64,000 bases of DNA from positions 32,001 through 96,000 of IMG/VR virus record IMGVR_UViG_3300031918_000005, one strand, 5' to 3'. Positions 20,100 to 29,280 of the stretch are shown here, piece by piece (the first letter of the stretch is position 1; each line of letters starts with the position of its first letter). The DNA is from a virus. A program made the position numbers and the translations under genes. Under the pieces are notes generated by a model. It ran no database searches. It was not told the DNA's origin and worked only from the letters and a program-made list of their open reading frames with translations.

Positions 20100-20759
20100 T
20101 TATCCTTTGTAATGTGTATTTTCTGAATCGGTGTTTCTGAATTGTGTATTCAATCCATCATGTCCTACAAATTCAGGGTCAAAACAATCGATTTCTGAAC
20201 TTCTATTGTAAACGAATGCGCAGGTAAATGATTTATATTGAACAGCAACATCATTCTTTTTCCAAATCATTTCAGAAATAGATTCAAACACTATATCTTC
20301 ATAAGTATTTTGGAAAATTATGTTTCCATAATCATCAATCAACCCCATATTTATTTCAGGTAGAAACCAATTTGGGTTGTTGTTATGTCTGTTGTTAAAA
20401 TGTACAAACAATTTTCTCAAAAGGAAATAACCAAAATAATTATTCATTATCTTGAATTCTATTGCTATCCTTTTATCGGTTTTTGCTCTTGCAGAAAGTC
20501 CAGTAGCATATGTTTTTCTTGTACCCTGTTCAAGTCTTGGAGAAGCCAAGCCATTATTTGACTGCTCATTAACACCAATTTTTAATCCATGAAGAGTGGA
20601 ATTGATAATTGTTGAATTAAGATAATCTATCAAACTTGCATACTGAAAATCAAATCTTTCATAATACTTACCAAAAGATGCCTCAATTTCAGGCACTGTT
20701 TTTAGAAATTGACTTGATAAAGCTGTATAAAAATTGTCATATATAGGATTTGAATTCAT
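20100..20759 (-). CDS. tail tube-like protein (gp19/gp54 fold)
   Basis: LIDDYGN...Y.D.....ISE...FTCAFVYN pattern; late-type motif upstream. Confidence 0.55.
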   Translation of the reverse strand: MNSNPIYDNFYTALSSQFLKTVPEIEASFGKYYERFDFQYASLIDYLNSTIINSTLHGLKIGVNEQSNNGLASPRLEQGTRKTYATGLSARAKTDKRIAIEFKIMNNYFGYFLLRKLFVHFNNRHNNNPNWFLPEINMGLIDDYGNIIFQNTYEDIVFESISEMIWKKNDVAVQYKSFTCAFVYNRSSEIDCFDPEFVGHDGLNTQFRNTDSENTHYKG

Positions 20760-20789
20760 ATTTTATTTTATTTATATGTGCTAATAAAA

Positions 20790-20827
20790 AAAAATGGCTC
20801 ACGAATAATATTTCCGTAAGCCATTTT
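20790..20827. terminator. intrinsic terminator
   Basis: AAAATGGCT...AGCCATTTT hairpin. Confidence 0.7.
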
Positions 20828-20850
20828 AATATGTATAGTGTTTTATGTGT

Positions 20851-21963
20851 TTATATCTTGATTTCTATGTTTTTGTATTCAAATGTTACTGTGTGCTTAT
20901 TTCCGTTTAAATCAACTTCAAGCTGATTATCTTCGAAGTCTTTTTTATCTTCGAACCAAGTATTCTTTGTTATAACAAAGAATACAATTTGTGAAATTTG
21001 GAAAAGTTTTCCTTTAATTCTTGATTCAATCTCATTATACCTTTCAGAAATTAATGCTTTTCTAGCCGATTTATAAGCTGTTTCATTTTCAATACCTTTC
21101 AAATCGTTTGCTAACAATTCCTCGAAAACAATTCCTGATTGATGTAGTATCGATTCTGATGGAGTTAAATTCTTTCCACCATCCAATTTTTTCTTAACAG
21201 AAGATAATGTTGGGAGATTTGATAATGAAGATATTTTTGTTTTAAGAGCTGATGCTTCATAAGAATCTTCATCACCAGTATCAAGCTCTTCAGTTTGTTG
21301 AACATATCCATGGCTTGATGTTATTCCTATTGATTTTAGCCAATTTTCGATTTCAACACCTTGAGTAAAAGCACCACCACCCGAATTCTCATCAAACAGT
21401 GACTTTGTATATTTTCTCATGGCTTGAAGATGGAAAAGTTCAACTTCCAGTAATGAAAGTCTACCTGCAGTAATCATCAATGGTTCTGATTCAGAAACCA
21501 CTGGAACTGATTTCAAATCAATATTGATTACATTGATTGATTCATAATCCATGTCTTTTGAAAACTTGATATCATTTTCAATCAAAAATTCTAATAATGA
21601 ATCAGATGCAATCACTGGTAAAAAATCAATATTAGGAACTCCATCCCTTATGATTACATAAGCTCTATAAATATAAGTTGAAACCGCCTTCATACCAAAA
21701 TCATTCAATGGTAATTTTGCTGTGCCATCATATCTTACACGAAGAGAAACATTAGCTCTTGACCTATTAAATGTTATATATTCAAAAGAATAACCATTTG
21801 GGTCATATTCAGGGGTGAAATCAACTTTATCAGATTTTTCGACCTCGACCTCTACCTGAATTTTATCGATTCTTTTATATTCAAAGTGTTTGCTTTGTGG
21901 AAGGAATCTAGATTTCTCATCATATGATAAGAAATTGAGTAAATCAATAAGTGACTTTTTCAT
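20851..21963 (-). CDS. hypothetical protein
   Basis: 370-aa ORF. Confidence 0.75.
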   Translation of the reverse strand: MKKSLIDLLNFLSYDEKSRFLPQSKHFEYKRIDKIQVEVEVEKSDKVDFTPEYDPNGYSFEYITFNRSRANVSLRVRYDGTAKLPLNDFGMKAVSTYIYRAYVIIRDGVPNIDFLPVIASDSLLEFLIENDIKFSKDMDYESINVINIDLKSVPVVSESEPLMITAGRLSLLEVELFHLQAMRKYTKSLFDENSGGGAFTQGVEIENWLKSIGITSSHGYVQQTEELDTGDEDSYEASALKTKISSLSNLPTLSSVKKKLDGGKNLTPSESILHQSGIVFEELLANDLKGIENETAYKSARKALISERYNEIESRIKGKLFQISQIVFFVITKNTWFEDKKDFEDNQLEVDLNGNKHTVTFEYKNIEIKI

Positions 21964-21986
21964 ACAATTTTATGTGTTTATAATAA

Positions 21987-22016
21987 AAATGGCGAAATGT
22001 TGTCATTTCGCCATTT
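21987..22016 (-). terminator. hairpin terminator
   Basis: AAATGGCGAAATG...CATTTCGCCATTT. Confidence 0.75.
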
Positions 22017-22042
22017 AAACATTTTGTTTAAGGAATTTTGAT

Positions 22043-22633
22043 TTATGCTTTTACTGGATTTCCATCCATGTCAAGAAGCAAGCCGAAAATTTTTTCTTTT
22101 CTTTTTCCGATTTTTTCAACATGAGTTGTGATGTAACCCTTTCTTTGCAATGTTGAAAAAGCACCAGCATATGATAAATTACCTTCACATACTCTGAAAG
22201 AGAAACCATATCCAATGCTATATTTTGCATCAGAACCATTTGAAGCTTCATTGATACATTTTTTCAAAACTATTTTTTCAAGTTCAGTCAAAGCTTCTTT
22301 TTGTTTTTTTAACCTTTCAAGTTTTTCACTTGCTGAAGATAACATAAGTATGTCTTTACCTTCAGCAATAAGGTCAGAAATTTTTTCCAAAGGCAATTTT
22401 GTTGTTTTGCTATAAATAACATCAATAACTTTTTCAATAGCGATTTTCAAGTTTTCACCTTGCTCGTCTGAATATTCAGGTAATAAATTACCATCAACAC
22501 AAACCATCAAAGGTTTTAACGAATTATTTTTAACTCCTGATTTTTTAACTAAAAATCCAGTTCCATCAAAAAATAAAGCGTAAATATTTTTAAGAGTTGA
22601 TTTCTCTACTGATTTAAATATTAAATTTTTCAT
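22043..22633 (-). CDS. hypothetical protein, possible C-terminal wHTH
   Basis: LTELEKIVL...AFSTLQRKGYI; shared leader AAAAATGGAAATTATG. Confidence 0.6.
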   Translation of the reverse strand: MKNLIFKSVEKSTLKNIYALFFDGTGFLVKKSGVKNNSLKPLMVCVDGNLLPEYSDEQGENLKIAIEKVIDVIYSKTTKLPLEKISDLIAEGKDILMLSSASEKLERLKKQKEALTELEKIVLKKCINEASNGSDAKYSIGYGFSFRVCEGNLSYAGAFSTLQRKGYITTHVEKIGKRKEKIFGLLLDMDGNPVKA

Positions 22634-22708
22634 AATTTCCATTTTTTAAATTTGACAATTGTTTTTATATTTTGAGGTATTTTAATTTTTAATTTATAAT
22701 TTAGTTTA

Positions 22709-22945
22709 TTAACAATTGTCACTAATTTTGACTAATGTAGTTTTATTTTTAATTGCTAAATTTATTCTTCTAATAATCAATTTTGTTGGAATTGAAAATT
22801 CAGGTATATTAAACCCATGTGTCACTACTTGTATTCTTGTGGAATTCTCATTGGTATCAATAATTTTTACTTCATGATGCTCGTTATTAACACCTTCTCC
22901 TACTACCATTATTACAGTTTCACCGATTATTAAATTTGTTTTCAT
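22709..22945 (-). CDS. hypothetical protein downstream of sigma54-like promoter
   Basis: start MKTNL, preceded by AATTTAAAAATAGAAATT. Confidence 0.6.
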   Translation of the reverse strand: MKTNLIIGETVIMVVGEGVNNEHHEVKIIDTNENSTRIQVVTHGFNIPEFSIPTKLIIRRINLAIKNKTTLVKISDNC

Positions 22946-22980
22946 AATTTCTATTTTTAAATTATTATTTCCCATTTATA

Positions 22981-22998
22981 TACAAAAATCGTGCCAAA
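22981..22998 (-). promoter_or_regulatory. sigma54-like -24/-12 promoter
   Basis: TTTGGCACGATTTTTGTA; TGTCA/TGACA and TTAACA clusters at 23012-23155. Confidence 0.65.
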
Positions 22999-23204
22999 AT
23001 TTATTAGTATTATGTCAATTCAAAAAGTTTTAACAATTTTTAACATAATACATATTGTTGTTAACATTTGTTAACCTCATACATGACAAATTGACATAAT
23101 AATAACAAATTTATGTCATGACAATACTGACATATCAAGCCTATAAAAATGACAAACATGCATGCGTGGTTGTGAAGAAATTCATGAATTAATTTATTAT
23201 TAAT

Positions 23205-23984
23205 ATGTCAAAGCATAAATATCTAATTGATTGGTATGAAAAATCAAAATTTGCTAATCATGAATTCTTATCTACCAAAGAAGAATTTAAAGAAATAATA
23301 TCTTTGACTTCTTTTCTTGATGGATATTATAAAAATATATCATTTAAACAAAGAATGTGGCATATTAAAAATGATAAATTTGAAATTCCAAAATGCAAAA
23401 TATGTGGAAAACCTTTAGCTTATCATAGTAAAAATGGTTTATATGGTTATTCAACTGTCTGTAATGATATAAATTGTATGTCACCAAATAGAAAAACTTT
23501 CAATATAGAAATTTTAGAAAAATATACAAAGCATGATTATAAATGTTTGTGTGTTTTGTGCAAATCTGAATTTATAATATCTGTTGAAAGTTATAGAACG
23601 AGAAAAAGAAGAAATAAAATAATATGTACAATATGCAATCCTATTGATATTAAAAATAAATTGATATTCCCAATGCTTCTTCGATTCTTAAAATCGAAAT
23701 TTGGTGAAGAAAATGTTGTTATGAATGATAACAAATCAATTATTGTTAACAATAAATTTATAGTTGTTCACTTCATAGACAATATCAATGCAAACCCTAA
23801 ATTATACCAAGAAATTGATATTATAAATGGTCTTACTGCTAAAGAAATTTGGAATAACAACCAAAAATATGCCGATTCCATCAATCCTGATGGTAAATAC
23901 AAAATCATTATTATTTGGGACTTACACTGGATTAATGAAGGAAAAATACTTAGAAAAAATTTGTTGAAGATTATTAACGAATAA
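23205..23984 (+). CDS. homing-endonuclease-related Zn-finger protein, degenerate nuclease
   Basis: QRMWHIKNDKFEIPKCKICGK paralogous to 18457..20043; C-terminal KIIIIWDLHW. Confidence 0.6.
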   Translation: MSKHKYLIDWYEKSKFANHEFLSTKEEFKEIISLTSFLDGYYKNISFKQRMWHIKNDKFEIPKCKICGKPLAYHSKNGLYGYSTVCNDINCMSPNRKTFNIEILEKYTKHDYKCLCVLCKSEFIISVESYRTRKRRNKIICTICNPIDIKNKLIFPMLLRFLKSKFGEENVVMNDNKSIIVNNKFIVVHFIDNINANPKLYQEIDIINGLTAKEIWNNNQKYADSINPDGKYKIIIIWDLHWINEGKILRKNLLKIINE

Positions 23985-24204
23985 ATTTCATTTTTCCGAA
24001 AACTGATTCTAAAGCTTTCCTACATTTCGTTATGAACCAAGAAGATTTATTTTTATATCTTGAGAAAAAATAAACATTACCAGCCTTATCTGAATATCCA
24101 AACACTATTGCATTTGCATTAAGTCTATCCAAAGCACCTTTAGCTATTTCTTCATCGGTAAGCTCTGACATTGGCAATTTTCTTATTTCTAAAATGGTTC
24201 TCAT
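23974..24204 (-). CDS. hypothetical protein
   Basis: ATGA overlap with primase stop. Confidence 0.6.
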   Translation of the reverse strand: MRTILEIRKLPMSELTDEEIAKGALDRLNANAIVFGYSDKAGNVYFFSRYKNKSSWFITKCRKALESVFGKMKFIR

Positions 24205-25403
24205 AAGAATATTGAATCCATTTCGTTGTTGGTGAAGTATTTCTGAAGCCCATCAAATCTTATTTGAGGGAATTTTTTAACAATATCATTTATATCTTTA
24301 CACTCGTGTATTCCATAGAAACCTTTTGTTTCCATTTCTTCAAAGTATTCTTTCCACTTAAATACCATATAACCTTTAGCAAGTAAATCATACGCCTTTT
24401 TTCTTCCAGCAATGTCATTATCTGTTATATATAGACATTGCTTATTCTCAACAGTGTTACCAACGCCTAATGATGCAATTGAATTCGGTAAAAAATAAGC
24501 ATCAATAGCACCTTCAAGGCAATATATTGGTTGTGAATAATCAACGAACATCAAACGCCAAGTCATTGATTGTTTATCGAATTTTTGGTTAAGTTCTTCA
24601 GATTGTGGAACTTTGAAAATCTTATCCCAAATGTCAGACCAATTATAACTATCAAATCTTCTTCTTGGGTTTGCCTTAGGTGAGCAATGTCTTATTTGGA
24701 ATCCAAGTATATTATGTCTGTCCGATGCTAAATTAAGAATATAAAGGTCATCATAATAATCGTTATATAGAAATTCCGCAGTTGACTGATTTTTAGTTGT
24801 TATGATTTTTCTATTAACCAAGTAATCAAATCCTCTAGCTGAACGACCTATTTCGGAAAGTCTTAATATCTTTATCAATTCTTCTCTTGGGAATGCGTAT
24901 TTATCGATTTCAGGTAATTGTATATAATTGTATATGTCTTGCAAATCACTTTTCGACATACCATTAATTTGTACATTTTGTAAAATATCACCTACATTAT
25001 CTTTGTATGTCTTAATGAGTTGTTCAAACTTTGTATTGATGTAATAAATCTCTTCTTCAGAGAATTCATCTTGCATATTGAAAAACTGTATAAAAGAACC
25101 CAAAGACATGAATCCATTACCACCCGAATGGTCGTTATAACATTTGAATGAAAAAGTGTTTAGGTATATATGACCTCTTTTTGTTGATGCAGAATTGTGT
25201 GAATCACCACATATAGGACAAGCAAAGTTGTATCCTTTACTGTTTGGAACTAATTTTGATTTGTGATATCCTTGGCCGAATTTTTTGTTAAGGATTTTTT
25301 GTAACACAATTCCCATCTTTTTATTGAAAGATTCCTTATCAAAGGAAAAATCCAAATCTACATCTTGTAAATTGAATATATTACCAAAATCTTCTTTACC
25401 CAT
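24201..25403 (-). CDS. DNA primase (gp61-like)
   Basis: CPICGDS Zn ribbon; LEGAIDAYFL, DND, KDIND TOPRIM motifs. Confidence 0.9.
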   Translation of the reverse strand: MGKEDFGNIFNLQDVDLDFSFDKESFNKKMGIVLQKILNKKFGQGYHKSKLVPNSKGYNFACPICGDSHNSASTKRGHIYLNTFSFKCYNDHSGGNGFMSLGSFIQFFNMQDEFSEEEIYYINTKFEQLIKTYKDNVGDILQNVQINGMSKSDLQDIYNYIQLPEIDKYAFPREELIKILRLSEIGRSARGFDYLVNRKIITTKNQSTAEFLYNDYYDDLYILNLASDRHNILGFQIRHCSPKANPRRRFDSYNWSDIWDKIFKVPQSEELNQKFDKQSMTWRLMFVDYSQPIYCLEGAIDAYFLPNSIASLGVGNTVENKQCLYITDNDIAGRKKAYDLLAKGYMVFKWKEYFEEMETKGFYGIHECKDINDIVKKFPQIRFDGLQKYFTNNEMDSIFL

Positions 25404-25422
25404 ATTATAAAAAGTTTCAAAC

Positions 25423-25620
25423 TCAATTCTTATTTGTTATTACAAGGGTTGGTTTTTCCAATTTTTCGACTTCTTCAGGATTGTCATGAAAATAATTAAC
25501 GACTTCTTCCCAATCTTTACGGTCAACAATTACATGTTCTGAATCAACACCAAGTTGTTGCTCTGTTGTTGAATGTCTGTGTAGGTAATTAAATCCTACT
25601 TGTTTTTTTAGTTTTCCCAT
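25423..25620 (-). CDS. hypothetical protein
   Basis: coupled ORF in the run. Confidence 0.55.
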   Translation of the reverse strand: MGKLKKQVGFNYLHRHSTTEQQLGVDSEHVIVDRKDWEEVVNYFHDNPEEVEKLEKPTLVITNKN

Positions 25621-26564
25621 TATAATTTTTGTTTTATATTAAATTCATCCTCAAAATAAATAAACTCACAATAACTATCATTTATAGAATCCTGAATAAA
25701 TGAATAAACATGCTCTGAACCAAATTTTATAAATCCTGATTTGATTGACTTATTATATAATATTGCTAATATTATACTAAAAAGATTTGTTATCTCATAG
25801 CTTATGACAAAATCAGGCATTTTGTCATAATTAACAATGTGTTCGAATGGTTTAACAACACTTTTTAATGGATCATCATAAAATCTGGAATCCAACAAAA
25901 CAATTCTTGAAGATAAACGAGTTGCGAGCCATAGTATTCTTTCATCGATATTATTGATATTATTGCTATATCTTTCAGGGTGTGTGCTAAATTCACCTGC
26001 AATAATATTCATTATTGTGTTGTAATAAAATTTATACATATCATCTATTACAAATTCTTCTTTTTTCTTCCTTTGAATTATGATTGAATGGATGGTGTTT
26101 TTACCTTCTGAACTTATTTTGAATCCAAAGATAGAATCACGCAATTCATTTTTTATACCAACGCTTTCTTGTAAACACATCTCAACATCTTTATATGTGT
26201 TTATTTGCATTGCTTTGATCGGCTTACGAGATGTATTATTAAACAATTTCTTTTGGTTATAATATTCATAGCCTAAATCATCGATAAATATATTGTCATC
26301 GAAAGAAGTTATAAAGCAATTTTTAACAACATCTTTGATCTTTAATGCCTCAAGATATAATTTATCAACATGTTTGTTCAACACACGGTTTACCAATGTT
26401 ATGTCTTGGTGTTTGTAAGTTATGTTGCCGTTTTTGATTCTAATTTTATAGCCCTTAATTAGCGGTTGAACATATAACGAACCATTAACAATATATTTCC
26501 ATTCTTGTAATGTCAAATCCGTGATGTTGATGTAATTATCAACTTTAATGTTACTTTTGTTCAT
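25620..26564 (-). CDS. hypothetical protein
   Basis: 314-aa ORF. Confidence 0.7.
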   Translation of the reverse strand: MNKSNIKVDNYINITDLTLQEWKYIVNGSLYVQPLIKGYKIRIKNGNITYKHQDITLVNRVLNKHVDKLYLEALKIKDVVKNCFITSFDDNIFIDDLGYEYYNQKKLFNNTSRKPIKAMQINTYKDVEMCLQESVGIKNELRDSIFGFKISSEGKNTIHSIIIQRKKKEEFVIDDMYKFYYNTIMNIIAGEFSTHPERYSNNINNIDERILWLATRLSSRIVLLDSRFYDDPLKSVVKPFEHIVNYDKMPDFVISYEITNLFSIILAILYNKSIKSGFIKFGSEHVYSFIQDSINDSYCEFIYFEDEFNIKQKL

Positions 26565-27144
26565 ATTGAATTTTTACTATGTTTTTGATTGGTATTATTT
26601 CATCTTTATAATATAAACCCTCTTGAAGGTCTGTAGTACTTGATTGGTCAAAAAGATTTCTTTGGACTTTTATCACATCGGACTTGGTTAAATAAAGCTC
26701 AACAACACAATAATTTTTACATTTAACCATTGGGTTTGTGATATAAAGAGAACCATATTCTTTCGAGCGTATCCCACTAGTGAATATCCTATTGATATAT
26801 TGTTTAGCTTTTAAAGGTAAAACAAGATAATATTGTTTTATACCTTTATCTTTTGGTAAGTGTAAATCATTCTCAATAATTTTATTCTTACCATCAAAAT
26901 AAAATATAAATTCTCTTCTGCTTTCATCAACCACCAATTGTGATTGGGTTGAGGCTTTCCTTTTGATTGTTGATATCGATAATTTACCACTTTTAAATTG
27001 TTCAAGTAATTCTTCAACTCTTTGATTTGTATTAAAAGAACATTGTATAGTTCTACCATTAATTTTATCAAGTAGAAGCTCAAATAAGTAAATTTGTTTT
27101 TCGGATGATGTGAAAACTCTTCCATCTTTTTTAAGAGTTGCCAT
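26551..27144 (-). CDS. hypothetical protein
   Basis: 197-aa ORF. Confidence 0.7.
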   Translation of the reverse strand: MATLKKDGRVFTSSEKQIYLFELLLDKINGRTIQCSFNTNQRVEELLEQFKSGKLSISTIKRKASTQSQLVVDESRREFIFYFDGKNKIIENDLHLPKDKGIKQYYLVLPLKAKQYINRIFTSGIRSKEYGSLYITNPMVKCKNYCVVELYLTKSDVIKVQRNLFDQSSTTDLQEGLYYKDEIIPIKNIVKIQYEQK

Positions 27145-27196
27145 ATTAAATTGTATTAATTGGTTTCTATTTTATTAGAATAAATTATCAGTATAA

Positions 27197-27622
27197 TCAA
27201 TTAATTTGTAAATTGAGGTTGTTGCCAGTCAATAAATCGCCATTTTTTGTAGCTAATTCATCGAAATACTTCTGCCAATCATTGGTTACACCGATTTTAA
27301 AATCATCAACAAAAGGTATTGGCGAGCAAACTATACCATCAATATAACTGAATTTTCCAAGAACTTCATTTTCTTCAAGTAAAACAAAGGTTTCTCCATT
27401 AAATTTCACAAATACTCCAGCAGTATCTCCATAAAATATTATATCAGAAATATCCAACACAAATGAAACACTTGGTGATTTTGAAATCAATATACCAACA
27501 TTACCAGCAAGTGTTCCACCAATTATATGCTGTTTTATTTCAGGTTGCCATACAAGAATATTTCTTTTTGTCAATTCTATGATTTCACCAATCTTTAAAA
27601 TCTGTTTTATTTTATTTTTCAT
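27197..27622 (-). CDS. GroES/gp31-like co-chaperonin
   Basis: DIIFYGDTAGVFVKFNGETFVLLEENEVLG resembles the GroES C-terminal half. Confidence 0.55.
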   Translation of the reverse strand: MKNKIKQILKIGEIIELTKRNILVWQPEIKQHIIGGTLAGNVGILISKSPSVSFVLDISDIIFYGDTAGVFVKFNGETFVLLEENEVLGKFSYIDGIVCSPIPFVDDFKIGVTNDWQKYFDELATKNGDLLTGNNLNLQIN

Positions 27623-28188
27623 TATCCAAATATGTATATATCAGTTAAAATTGTTAACATTTTTAAAATTCTGTGCCTTTTAAGATATGACACAGAAGAT
27701 TTGTTTATTACACACACATCAAGTTCATCTTCTCCGTATATCCTTATGAAAATGTTTGTACCCTTGATTGAAAATAAAGTGCCATCATCAGTGCCACAAA
27801 CAAACAAAAATTCTTGATATTTATCAATTTTTCTATAGTTTGTATTTTCTATGAGGTATTTGATTCTTTTGATGTATTCATCTTTATATTTTTCACATTG
27901 TTTGCTTTGATGGCTCGAAGCAGATGTTAAGAACTTTATATACTTCGGCTTGAGAATTTCCAAATTCTCAAGCTCTTCTTCTTTAATTATCAATTTAACA
28001 ACCAAACCATTTTCATCAGAGCAGTATAACCCGAAGCAAAATTCGTTCTCTATTTCTTTGATTTTGAAAGATATATGATAATTTTGATTATACATCAAAA
28101 CTGTGTTATTTTCTTGCTCAAAAAATGGAAGGAGTTGTTCGAAAAGTGATGTGTTTATATTTTGTAATGCCTTTATTATATTTTTCAT
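27622..28188 (-). CDS. hypothetical protein
   Basis: 188-aa ORF. Confidence 0.6.
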   Translation of the reverse strand: MKNIIKALQNINTSLFEQLLPFFEQENNTVLMYNQNYHISFKIKEIENEFCFGLYCSDENGLVVKLIIKEEELENLEILKPKYIKFLTSASSHQSKQCEKYKDEYIKRIKYLIENTNYRKIDKYQEFLFVCGTDDGTLFSIKGTNIFIRIYGEDELDVCVINKSSVSYLKRHRILKMLTILTDIYIFG

Positions 28189-28229
28189 ACCATAAATAAT
28201 TAAAGCTTTGTTAATTAAATTATTATCAA

Positions 28230-28577
28230 ATGATAACTGTTGCTGATTTAGATATTTTGAATGATTCAGAATCTGATTTATCAGACCCTCTACACATTTA
28301 TATTCAAGAGATATTAATGGTACTCAATACGAGCAAGGATGAAATTCTTGGATGCCCAACAATGTCTTTAAATTTAGAAGAACTCGTGTACGATATGAAT
28401 TTAGATGAAAAAGCTATAAAAACCATGGTTACTGACAGGATAAGTCAATACACAAGTTTGTATTATTCTTTTGATACTCAAATAAATATAGCTTTTTCAA
28501 AGGGTACTGACAGAGATATTTGTGTCATAGACCTATCAATAGATTCAGAAACCAATTTCTCACTTATGATTAAATAA
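28230..28577 (+). CDS. baseplate gp25-like protein
   Basis: QEILMVLNTSKDEILGCPTMSLNLEELVYD; late motif at 28193-28204. Confidence 0.65.
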   Translation: MITVADLDILNDSESDLSDPLHIYIQEILMVLNTSKDEILGCPTMSLNLEELVYDMNLDEKAIKTMVTDRISQYTSLYYSFDTQINIAFSKGTDRDICVIDLSIDSETNFSLMIK

Positions 28578-29277
28578 ATTCTTTGAAATTAACTTGGAAG
28601 TATTTATTAATCCAAAAAGAATCTATTATATCATCAATTGGTGTTAAAACCTCAAAAATTTCCTTACCATTTTTTATTTTTGGAGTTATAAGTTTATCAA
28701 CATTATCTTTAACAAACTTATAAAATTTTGTGTTTTTAGCGGAATCATCATCTGTGTTGATGAATGCTTTCAACATATCGTATTTGTCGAAATTACCTTT
28801 TCCAGCAAGCATTTTAATTTGTGGTCCAGTTACCAAAAATATGTTCTCAACACTGAAGTAATCGGAATTCAAAAGATACAGCTTAAGTGACATTGTATTT
28901 TCTACAAGCTGTATCAATGTATCAGAATTTGCCGAATAAGAATAATTTTCAAATATTAATATATTTTTGTTTGTTTTTAGTATATTTTTACATATAAATT
29001 CTTTAAGCTCTTTATTGTATATCAAACAATTTTGTATGTGTAATTTCTCCCATCCCGATAGACCACAAGCTTGAGATTTAACAGCAAGCATAGGTGAACG
29101 AAGATATTTTTCGATTTCCACAGCACCACCAATCGATTTCAAAGTTCCTTCTACACCATTTTTGTTTTTATATATATTAACAAAAGATAAGAACTTATAT
29201 ATTTTGGTATCACAATTGTATATTGTGATACCAGTACTGTTTAAACTATAGTCTATTGATACACAAACTGTTTCCAT
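28570..29277 (-). CDS. RuvC-like Holliday junction resolvase
   Basis: SIDYSLNSTG, IFENYSY, IKMLAGKGN, DDIIDSF. Confidence 0.75.
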   Translation of the reverse strand: METVCVSIDYSLNSTGITIYNCDTKIYKFLSFVNIYKNKNGVEGTLKSIGGAVEIEKYLRSPMLAVKSQACGLSGWEKLHIQNCLIYNKELKEFICKNILKTNKNILIFENYSYSANSDTLIQLVENTMSLKLYLLNSDYFSVENIFLVTGPQIKMLAGKGNFDKYDMLKAFINTDDDSAKNTKFYKFVKDNVDKLITPKIKNGKEIFEVLTPIDDIIDSFWINKYFQVNFKEFI

Positions 29278-29280
29278 ATA

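Noticed and set aside
21007-21020. TTTTCCTTTAATTC matching the repeat core
   Set aside because: It lies within a CDS and its flanks do not match; expected by chance at this AT content.
25620-26564. Possible ligase motif I (VQPLIKG)
   Set aside because: The catalytic KxDG is not conserved; evidence is insufficient.
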